In this document: positions 1-7,439 of the stretch, piece by piece
Numbering within the stretch: position 1 is the first letter of the stretch
Layout: every line of letters starts with the position of its first letter
DNA from: Bacilli bacterium
GTDB taxonomy: Bacteria > Bacillota_I > Bacilli_A > ML615J-28 > CAG-313
Reading direction: 5' to 3'
DNA: 64,000 nt
Assembly: GCA_017409905.1 (NCBI GenBank)
Contig: JAFQRV010000022.1
Span: 4,383 to 68,382, forward strand
Made by a program: the position numbers and the translations under genes
Notes under the pieces: generated by a model
Told to the model about the DNA's origin: nothing
What the model saw: the letters and a program-made list of their open reading frames with translations, nothing else
Database searches by the model: none

Positions 1-3000
1 TTTCACATAATTATAATAGATACCACCTTGTACATATCTAGATGATTGATATCTACTATTTAAATAATCGTAAACTATAATTCCTGATAAACCATCATAA
101 TCATACGTATAAACGAAAGAATAAGTTAATTCTTTATTATCAACATTAGAATTAGTATATGAATATCGGTTCTCACAAATCAATTTATTACCATCGTATT
201 TATATTCTATCAAATAATTTCCATTATTCTTTTGAACACGTTTACTGACTCTTTTGCCTAAACCATCATATTTATAATCAATTATATTAAACTCATTTGA
301 AGTATTATTGCCATCATAAATATATTTAGACAATAAGTTATTATACCCATATTCTAGTTTATTATTATTGATATAGCTTATATTACCAAACTTATCATAA
401 TATATTAAATTTTCATTAATATTCCCACCATTATAGATTTTATATTTACATAAATTATATCTATCATCAGTAGGTTCTTCCACTGGTATATGTTCATATG
501 TTTTGAAAGTAGATCCATTTTTTAATATTGAAACTAAATCTCCACTTTGTGAAGAATAATTATAATTAAATATACTAGTTTCATTTGTTTTTAAATTATC
601 AATTTTTTCTATTGATAAACGATCAACATCATCATAAGTAAAACTATACTCTACTGCATCTAAATCAGCTGTCTCTAAAGTATCGCTTCTTAATAAATTA
701 CTAGTAAAATATTTCCCTGATATTTTATTTTTAGTTATTTTTCCTGTTTCATCAATGTTAATCTCACTTGACAATGTTACTGAATCAGAAGAATAATATA
801 AACTTTTCCTTAAGCATAAATAATTAACTTTAGTAGGAAACATGATTTTTTTACATTCATCATTTGATGAATTACTAAAAGGAGTAGTATACTCAATATT
901 TTTTTCGAAACAAGATGTTGTATCATAGTATATCTTAGTATTATCAACAGAATGCACTTTGAAAAAAACATCCTCGGTATCACCATTTCTAAAGTATTCT
1001 TTTTCTGAACTGTAACCTAAATATCTACCTTTTAAATCATATTTATATTGTTTAGATGCTTGTTCTATTTCTTCATACATTTTATTAATTAAGCCAAGAT
1101 ATCTATAATATTTATTATTAGTGATTCTCGGAGTATAATATCGAGTTCTACCTTGAATAGTATCAGTTACTGTTTCTACCTTATATCTTAATCTTTTTTC
1201 TTCATCTAAAAGTATATCATATTCTACCTCGTTTTGCAAGTAAGAATTTTGTTGATAAATTGTTTCATTTGGCCCTACTAACTTATATGTTGATTTACTA
1301 ATAAAATCATTTTTGGTGTTTACATGAAGAGCATTTATAAATTCATCAAATATAGTAAGCGTATTATTACAATAATTATCAAAATATGTTGTATCATAAA
1401 TAATCTCTTGTGTCTCATTATAAGGAACATTATTCAATGTAAAATAAGCATCCTTATAATCATCGTACATTTGTAATTGTTTTTGTTCATACCCTTCTTC
1501 ATTATACTTTCTATTCAAAACTTTATCTACATTATGTGTTTCGTCATAAAATGTTAAAATTTCATTATTCATCCATTTTATTTTATCAAAGTTATTCCCA
1601 CCATAAGTATCAAAAGAATAAAATCTATCTTCAAGTTCTTTTTCATTTAAATACACTTTATTCAATCTTAAATATTTATCGTATTCAAATTTATATATTT
1701 CATTATCACTTTTCTTATAATACCTTACCAAGCCTTTATTATTACTTAATACCTCTACCTTTTCAATATCTTCTTCATGGGAAATCCCTTTTTCATCAAA
1801 CACTTCTATAACATGAGATATTGCTTTTAAACTATTATCAATCCAATTATAATCATATTTTTTAATGTTGTTTCCACATCTAACTTTATTTAGTTTTAAA
1901 TCTGGAGTATATTCAAATATTGTTTCAATTCCGTTATTATTTATCGAATCGCATACCTCTCGATCAATTGGATCTACATCATAATTATACAATTTTACCG
2001 AAATTGGATTTTCAATTTCATTTTCTTTATATACTAATATTTTTTCGATATTTCCATATAAATCATAATAATTTTCAGTAATAATGTTATATTCATCTTT
2101 TTTAGCTCTAAATGTGCCATCCTCATTATACCAAGTATAAACTAATGATGATATATCATCTGTTAAATCACATTCGGAATTTGTTAATGCCATCATTTTT
2201 TTCTCTTCACAATAATATTGATTTTTTAATACATCATAATCAAATGACATTACTGTGTCTTCTATTAAATATTTGTTGTTTTTGAAGAAAGTAACATTTT
2301 TCATTCTAAAATTAGCTGTTCTATTATTAAAGAAATCCAAATAAATTAAAAAATTTTGATATACTTTAAAATATGTATCTGAAACTTCTATTACTTTTCT
2401 TAAATTACAACAATGTAACTCATATCTAGCTTCATCTAAACATTTGGCCTTGTACATACTTTTATAAGTTTCAATTAAATCATTAATTGTAAAATAGTAA
2501 TCTTTATTAATATTTTTTTCAATAGGACTTGAACCGTTTAAATAACCAAATGTTTCAATATTATCTAGCCTATACATAAACATTTGATTATTTTCATTTA
2601 TACAATTTAACATCAAAAAATTAATACTACTTTTTTTAATTTTAACATCGGCTATTTTATATACATTTTTATCAACAAATTCAATTTCAATATAATTATT
2701 AGTTATACTATTAAAACTGTCTTCGTTCAATACAATGGGAATTTGAACATATTGAATAGTATCTGCTGGACTTGGTTTTATATATACAAATTCTTCACAC
2801 CCATTTATATTCAATAAAACTTTTTTAAAATCACTTATTTCAATATTATTTTTTAACCAGAAGGATACCACAAAGCTTCTATATTTTTCATCATCGTTCA
2901 CATTTAATGTTCCATCCGTCAATAATTTTTTAAATTTATTTACTGTATTAGTTTCAATACATAATTTATCACTTATTTCAATAAATTTATTATCCATTAA

Positions 3001-4137
3001 ATTTGAAACTGACGGTGTCAACGGAAATCCAGTATTTTTAAATTTAGATTTTAAAATTGTATCATATTCTTCTAATACGGAAATCGTTTCTCCTTCATTA
3101 TTTAAATAATAAACATCTATTAATCCATTTTTTTGTTGAACCTTTGTTTTTGAGTTATCATAAGTAATCCTAAATCTTTCATTAATGGTAGATAGATAAT
3201 AATCACTCGCTTTATCATCTTTATATTCACATTTATCATTTACATAAAGTTCTTCATCAATATAATCATCACCAAGATACATGTTAGGTATTTTTTCGAT
3301 ACTTTTCTTTTTCTTTTCAAAAAAACCACTACTGATTTCATGTGCCTTATAATTATTATAAGAAATAGATAAACCATTATTAGTTTGATAATTTATAATT
3401 CCTACCAATTTATTGTCAATATAATTAAAAAGATACTTATCTAATTCATATGTGCCAAACTGATAAGTTATTCCTTTTAAATCTCCATTATCATTATACA
3501 ACAACATATTTCGACTTTCTGATCCATCTAAAACATACTTGATTTTTCCATTATCTCCATAAATAATATTAATTTTATGATATGTTTTTCTTTCATCTTT
3601 TATAGAACTAATTTTATTATTTGAATAATCAAAACTTTTATAAATTTCATGATTAAATTTATTTCTTATTCCTATTAAATAACCTTTTTCATTAAATTCA
3701 AGAATTTCTTTTCCATTGTCAATTTCAAGTTTTTGTGATGAAATTAATAATCTCAAATTCAATCCGCCACTATCATATGAATATCTAATGTCATTATCTC
3801 TTTTATACTCAATAAATCGATGAATATTCCATTCTCCATCAATATAAACATAGTCACCATTTTCAATATCACCATAAGATTCATTATTTTGATATTGAAA
3901 AACATATTGTTGAAAATTAAATTTCCATTTATTATCAATACCTATTATTTTATTTGGAAATAATGTTGAATCAAATAATGAATTATATACTAATGACGTA
4001 TTAATTTGAAAGTTCCCCTTACTAATACTTAATGTTGGAAGATGTATTTTTAATCTTCCGGTTTTAATATTTATAAATGCAGTTAAATCTTTTGCATTCA
4101 TCATTACTTCATTTTGAAATACTTTACTATTATCCAT
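1..4137 (-). CDS. RHS/YD-repeat family protein, first 1379 codons only. The gene runs off the left window edge, so the C-terminal tip or toxin region is not visible.
   Basis: The frame stays open from the ATG at 4137-4135 to base 1, and 4137 is 3 x 1379. That explains its absence from the ORF track and the lack of any other minus-strand ORF in 4 kb. My own translation begins MDNSKVFQNEVMMNAKDL. Canonical YD repeats include IIDYKYDGLGKRVSK and IEYKYDGNKL (nt 180-300), YYDLYGNIEK (nt about 2050-2100), FDYSNNKISSIKD and LLYNDNGDLKGITY (nt about 3450-3650). TGRLKIHLPTLSISKGNFQINTSLVYNS near the N terminus resembles the first strands of Rhs shells. Confidence 0.85.
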   Translation of the reverse strand, partial: MDNSKVFQNEVMMNAKDLTAFINIKTGRLKIHLPTLSISKGNFQINTSLVYNSLFDSTLFPNKIIGIDNKWKFNFQQYVFQYQNNESYGDIENGDYVYIDGEWNIHRFIEYKRDNDIRYSYDSGGLNLRLLISSQKLEIDNGKEILEFNEKGYLIGIRNKFNHEIYKSFDYSNNKISSIKDERKTYHKINIIYGDNGKIKYVLDGSESRNMLLYNDNGDLKGITYQFGTYELDKYLFNYIDNKLVGIINYQTNNGLSISYNNYKAHEISSGFFEKKKKSIEKIPNMYLGDDYIDEELYVNDKCEYKDDKASDYYLSTINERFRITYDNSKTKVQQKNGLIDVYYLNNEGETISVLEEYDTILKSKFKNTGFPLTPSVSNLMDNKFIEISDKLCIETNTVNKFKKLLTDGTLNVNDDEKYRSFVVSFWLKNNIEISDFKKVLLNINGCEEFVYIKPSPADTIQYVQIPIVLNEDSFNSITNNYIEIEFVDKNVYKIADVKIKKSSINFLMLNCINENNQMFMYRLDNIETFGYLNGSSPIEKNINKDYYFTINDLIETYKSMYKAKCLDEARYELHCCNLRKVIEVSDTYFKVYQNFLIYLDFFNNRTANFRMKNVTFFKNNKYLIEDTVMSFDYDVLKNQYYCEEKKMMALTNSECDLTDDISSLVYTWYNEDGTFRAKKDEYNIITENYYDLYGNIEKILVYKENEIENPISVKLYNYDVDPIDREVCDSINNNGIETIFEYTPDLKLNKVRCGNNIKKYDYNWIDNSLKAISHVIEVFDEKGISHEEDIEKVEVLSNNKGLVRYYKKSDNEIYKFEYDKYLRLNKVYLNEKELEDRFYSFDTYGGNNFDKIKWMNNEILTFYDETHNVDKVLNRKYNEEGYEQKQLQMYDDYKDAYFTLNNVPYNETQEIIYDTTYFDNYCNNTLTIFDEFINALHVNTKNDFISKSTYKLVGPNETIYQQNSYLQNEVEYDILLDEEKRLRYKVETVTDTIQGRTRYYTPRITNNKYYRYLGLINKMYEEIEQASKQYKYDLKGRYLGYSSEKEYFRNGDTEDVFFKVHSVDNTKIYYDTTSCFEKNIEYTTPFSNSSNDECKKIMFPTKVNYLCLRKSLYYSSDSVTLSSEINIDETGKITKNKISGKYFTSNLLRSDTLETADLDAVEYSFTYDDVDRLSIEKIDNLKTNETSIFNYNYSSQSGDLVSILKNGSTFKTYEHIPVEEPTDDRYNLCKYKIYNGGNINENLIYYDKFGNISYINNNKLEYGYNNLLSKYIYDGNNTSNEFNIIDYKYDGLGKRVSKRVQKNNGNYLIEYKYDGNKLICENRYSYTNSNVDNKELTYSFVYTYDYDGLSGIIVYDYLNSRYQSSRYVQGGIYYNYVK

Positions 4138-5494
4138 TTTTCTTTTTTCTATCCTTTCTAAAAGTTTCTAAAACGGCCTCACTGTCTACAATTAATCTTG
4201 TTGAAAACTTTCCATCACATAAAAGAATTTTATTACCCCTTCCAGATATCAAAACTACATCTAATGGTTTAGCATCATAAATTGCTTTTTCTATGGCTTT
4301 TTTTCTATCAAAAATAATTTCTGATCCTATTTCGTTATCTAAATACATATCTAATTCTTTACAAATATCTGATAGTTCTTCTGCTCCACTATCACTTTCT
4401 GTGATATAAACATAATCTGCATATTTTTTTAATAAATCTGCCACATATTTTCTACTTTCATGAGTTTGCTCAATATATTTTTCAGTAAAAAAGCGTTTTT
4501 CCCAAGAATAATGACCAAAACCTAATGTTCCCATTACAACATTAATAGCTTTTATATGGCCTTGCTTTTTATATTGATATAATTCAAGCAAAATTGATGA
4601 AAGCTGACTATCAACAATAATATATCTATCTTTATACTTATAAAGTTCTGCTCTTCCAGGAATTCTAATGTTTTTTATTAATTCTTGAAATTTATTAAGA
4701 TTAAATAACCCTAATACATTTAGTGTTGTTATAACCCCTAGTACGTTTAAAGCATTATAATTCATAATTAAATTAGTATGTAATGAATACTCCCTACCAT
4801 TTAATAAAAAAGTCATATCTAACCCTTTTAGTGAATGTACTAAATCAACTAACAAACAATTTGCTGTAGTTTCATTAACATTTTTTACTTCTAAGATATG
4901 TCTTGTTGAAAAAACATATTTTTCGCACTCATTACATGATAATAGTGTTTCCAACAAATCTTTTGAATAATCTTGTAGTCCATATATACATTTTGTTTTT
5001 TTACTTGTATTTTCAAAAAATCTTTTTTTCAGTGAAACATACTCTTCTTCAGTATAGTTTTCTAAATTATGTTTGGGATTTAAATTGGTTAATAATTTTA
5101 TATCAAATTCAAAATTATCTAATAAACCTTTTTGAATTGTACTTTCATTTACTTCTAATATTAAAAAGTCCGGATCATATGCCTCTACTTCTTCAATAAT
5201 ATTTAATAAATCCTCTTCTTTATAAACCGCTACTTCGCATGCATTCTTATTAGAAATTCTACTTGCAGGTGAATCTATTTTTATACTGCTATATAAAATA
5301 CTTTTATAGCCTAATAATTTTAAATATTCATGAAGTAAAAAAGCAGTTGTAGATTTCCCTTTACTTCCTGTAATCCCAATAATTTTTGTTTTAAACGATT
5401 CTTTTCTTTTTTTATTTTGATATTCTCTCTTTATTTGTCTTGTCGCGACTAGTCCTTTTTTTAAATAAAACTCTTTTAACTTATCTAACTTCAT
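4130..5494 (-). CDS. Mur ligase family protein: a divergent homologue that lacks the N-terminal UDP-sugar-binding domain
   Basis: 454 aa. The P-loop IIGITGSKGKSTTA sits at about residue 40. Also present are LEVNEST, TNLNPKHN, PGRAELY, and a C-terminal ISGRGNK in place of GKGHE. Its stop overlaps the RHS start (ATGGATAA). Confidence 0.7.
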   Translation of the reverse strand: MKLDKLKEFYLKKGLVATRQIKREYQNKKRKESFKTKIIGITGSKGKSTTAFLLHEYLKLLGYKSILYSSIKIDSPASRISNKNACEVAVYKEEDLLNIIEEVEAYDPDFLILEVNESTIQKGLLDNFEFDIKLLTNLNPKHNLENYTEEEYVSLKKRFFENTSKKTKCIYGLQDYSKDLLETLLSCNECEKYVFSTRHILEVKNVNETTANCLLVDLVHSLKGLDMTFLLNGREYSLHTNLIMNYNALNVLGVITTLNVLGLFNLNKFQELIKNIRIPGRAELYKYKDRYIIVDSQLSSILLELYQYKKQGHIKAINVVMGTLGFGHYSWEKRFFTEKYIEQTHESRKYVADLLKKYADYVYITESDSGAEELSDICKELDMYLDNEIGSEIIFDRKKAIEKAIYDAKPLDVVLISGRGNKILLCDGKFSTRLIVDSEAVLETFRKDRKKKNG

Positions 5495-5503
5495 ATTTTT
5501 CTC

Positions 5504-6010
5504 CTAATCATCAGAAGATACTGAATCTGCTAATACTTCAATTTCAACGTCAATAGATCCTACTAACACTTCTGAATTATTTTCAAATAGTTTAATCGTG
5601 TGTGTATATATTTGTTCAGTCAATGAACTTAAACTTACACCAGTTTCAATACTTAATTGTATTTCAATCTTTTCCCCATTGTTTACTACTGTATTTAATA
5701 CAAAAGGACTATCACAAGTTGCTTCTGTTGTTACAGTAAATCTTCTATCAGTATCAACTATAAATTTATGAGTAGAATTAATTCCTTGCCCCTTTATAAC
5801 TTTTAAATTATCTTCTTCAATATAGTATCCTTGGCACAATAATGATAAATTTTTAGCATCTAGTGGGGTTCCTTGTTCATATACTTCTCCTTCACTTCTA
5901 GATAAGCTAACCTTCATTGTGCTTATTTCTCCCACAAAATCTCCTGTCATACTTAATACATTTAATGTAAACACATTTGGATTTTCAACATTTCTATTTT
6001 TAAATTTCAT
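5504..6010 (-). CDS. Hypothetical soluble protein, with a possible phage tail-fibre-like N-terminal motif
   Basis: 168 aa with no TM segment and a predicted beta-rich composition. The N-terminal ENPNVFTL...SRSEGEVYEQGTPLDAKNL resembles, from memory, the NPNR..L...EGTPLNAENL motif of Firmicute phage tail-fibre proteins. It sits 4 nt after the holin-like gene and 9 nt before the Mur-ligase-like gene. Confidence 0.5.
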   Translation of the reverse strand: MKFKNRNVENPNVFTLNVLSMTGDFVGEISTMKVSLSRSEGEVYEQGTPLDAKNLSLLCQGYYIEEDNLKVIKGQGINSTHKFIVDTDRRFTVTTEATCDSPFVLNTVVNNGEKIEIQLSIETGVSLSSLTEQIYTHTIKLFENNSEVLVGSIDVEIEVLADSVSSDD

Positions 6011-6014
6011 TTTT

Positions 6015-6266
6015 TTATTCTCCTTTTTTAATTTGTTTTATTATTTGATTTGTTCCAGTGGAACTTAATCCACTAATCATACCTATTATTATTTTTTCTA
6101 ATAAGTTATCTGTTTCTATTAAATAAATCCCTAATAACCCACCAATAATCATAACTATAATAGGTATGTATTTATAAAAATTTGGTTTTTCTTTAAAAAC
6201 CCTTTTATATAGTTCACCAACCATATAACTAACAACTAAGATTATTTCTATTCCTTTGTATTCCAC
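6015..6266 (-). CDS. Phage-type holin-like small membrane protein (resembles the Hol44 / holin superfamily V pattern)
   Basis: 83 aa with two to three hydrophobic helices. The layout VGELYKR...YIPIIVMIIGGLLGIY...IIGMISGLSSTGTNQIIKQIKK matches the remembered holin pattern (..vE.iK....iP.v...lG..lg....G...GLsAsG.y...K). A 2-nt gap separates it from the upstream gene. Confidence 0.6.
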   Translation of the reverse strand: MEYKGIEIILVVSYMVGELYKRVFKEKPNFYKYIPIIVMIIGGLLGIYLIETDNLLEKIIIGMISGLSSTGTNQIIKQIKKGE

Positions 6267-6268
6267 CT

Positions 6269-6544
6269 TTAACCTCCTTCAATAATCTTGTTTATAATAT
6301 CGATATTACCTTCAACTTTATTGATTCTTTCTAGTAAGCTTTTATAACATTCATCAACTTTATATAAATTCTTTTCTACTCTATCAACGCACTCTTTTAT
6401 ATAACTAATATCTGTTATAATAATGCCTTCCTTTTTGCCACTTTTTATATCTTCTTTGTGCCTGTTGTTTTTTAAGGCCATATATGCAAAATAAATACTA
6501 GAAATTGTTCCTAATATCGATATAATTGTCATCGCAATAGTCAT
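6269..6544 (-). CDS. Single-pass membrane protein with a C-terminal coiled coil (architecture like BhlA/UviB/XhlA)
   Basis: 91 aa. An N-terminal TM helix (MTIISILGTISSIYFAYMAL) is followed by a charged heptad-like region (VDRVEKNLYKVDECYKSLLERINKVEGNIDIINKI). It has a strong RBS, GAGGAGG, 8 nt upstream, and is the first gene of the operon. Confidence 0.55.
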   Translation of the reverse strand: MTIAMTIISILGTISSIYFAYMALKNNRHKEDIKSGKKEGIIITDISYIKECVDRVEKNLYKVDECYKSLLERINKVEGNIDIINKIIEGG

Positions 6545-6564
6545 TTAATCACCTCCTCAACTAT

Positions 6565-6594
6565 ATAACCAATGCAATTTTTAAAAAATACAAC
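6565..6594 (-). promoter_or_regulatory. Promoter-like motif, copy B (GTTGTA-N18-GGTTAT), upstream of the holin/Mur-ligase/RHS operon
   Basis: The minus strand reads GTTGTATTTTTTAAAAATTGCATTGGTTAT and ends 20 nt before the ATG at 6544. It is nearly identical to copy A at 7319-7349. The -10-like hexamer is not TATAAT. Confidence 0.5.
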
Positions 6595-6618
6595 CTAAAA
6601 TAAAAAAAGAAAAGTTTT

Positions 6619-7260
6619 TTAAACTTTTCCTTTTTTATACTTTTCTTTTATTTTTTTGAGTTTTCTAGAAATAGCTTGTTGAGATATACCTAATATATCG
6701 CCTACTTCTTTTTGTGTTAAAATTCTTTCTTTATCAACAAATAATTTTAAAAATGCTTTTTCTTCATCATCTAAATATTTTATATTATATGTATTATTAC
6801 TTGATAGTTTTATTATTTCTAAATATTTTTCATAGATGGCTTTTTCTTTTTCCTGTTTTTGATAAAAAGATATCCTAATTGATTTAAATCTTTTATTAAT
6901 ATAATTAATAAACTGATTTTCATTACAAAATAAAATAAACTCATTAATAAATAAATCTTTATTATTTACTCTTAACAAATCATCTTTATACTTTTCAATA
7001 AAAGCCAATAAATATTTATTTGTAATATTTTGATTTTCTATTTCTTGTTGATTTATCTTTATATTATAATTAATCTTAAATGTAATTAGTACGTTATATA
7101 ATCCCAATAATAATTCTTGATATATTTCTTCTTGATAACTGATGGGTATTTTTTTAATATTGTAATAAATTAAGTTTTTTAATTTTTCTAAAATTTTTTC
7201 AAAAAATATATCATCCTTAGTATTTTGATAGTTAATAACTAGTTTAATTAACGAGTTCAT
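6619..7260 (-). CDS. Sigma-70 family RNA polymerase sigma factor of the small two-domain type (comparable to the ECF or TcdR/UviA-like groups)
   Basis: 213 aa. The region-2-like N terminus is DDIFFEKILEKLKNLIYYNIKK...QEEIYQELLLGLYNVLITF. The C-terminal region-4 HTH is LTQKEVGDILGISQQAISRKLKKIKEKY. An N/K/I-rich linker joins them. Confidence 0.65.
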   Translation of the reverse strand: MNSLIKLVINYQNTKDDIFFEKILEKLKNLIYYNIKKIPISYQEEIYQELLLGLYNVLITFKINYNIKINQQEIENQNITNKYLLAFIEKYKDDLLRVNNKDLFINEFILFCNENQFINYINKRFKSIRISFYQKQEKEKAIYEKYLEIIKLSSNNTYNIKYLDDEEKAFLKLFVDKERILTQKEVGDILGISQQAISRKLKKIKEKYKKGKV

Positions 7261-7318
7261 TATTACCCCTCTTTCGAGGAGTCCTAATGAAAGTTAATTA
7301 ATTTAACTCCTCATAGGA

Positions 7319-7349
7319 ATAACCAAATACAATATATAAAAAATACAAC
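7319..7349 (-). promoter_or_regulatory. Promoter-like motif, copy A (GTTGTA-N19-GGTTAT), upstream of the sigma factor gene
   Basis: The minus strand reads GTTGTATTTTTTATATATTGTATTTGGTTAT, 58 nt upstream of the ATG at 7260. It shares 26 of 30 aligned positions with copy B. Confidence 0.5.
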
Positions 7350-7439
7350 TTCAAATAAATTTTTTTCATATCCCATTTCCCCATTTTTTATTTATACTTT
7401 ATTTTGACAAAAAAAGAAAAAAAGTGCAAATAATATACA

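Noticed and set aside
1536-1811. 91-aa plus-strand ORF in the otherwise empty left 4 kb of the ORF track
   Set aside because: It lies antisense within the open RHS reading frame, has low-complexity Tyr/Leu/Phe-rich sequence and no RBS. It is a shadow ORF typical of AT-rich DNA.
4130-7260. Considered calling the sigma/BhlA-like/holin/tail-fibre-like block a prophage or mobile element
   Set aside because: The window shows no integrase, terminase, capsid, tail tube or endolysin, and no att-like direct repeats. At most it is a domesticated phage fragment, so I did not annotate it as a mobile element.
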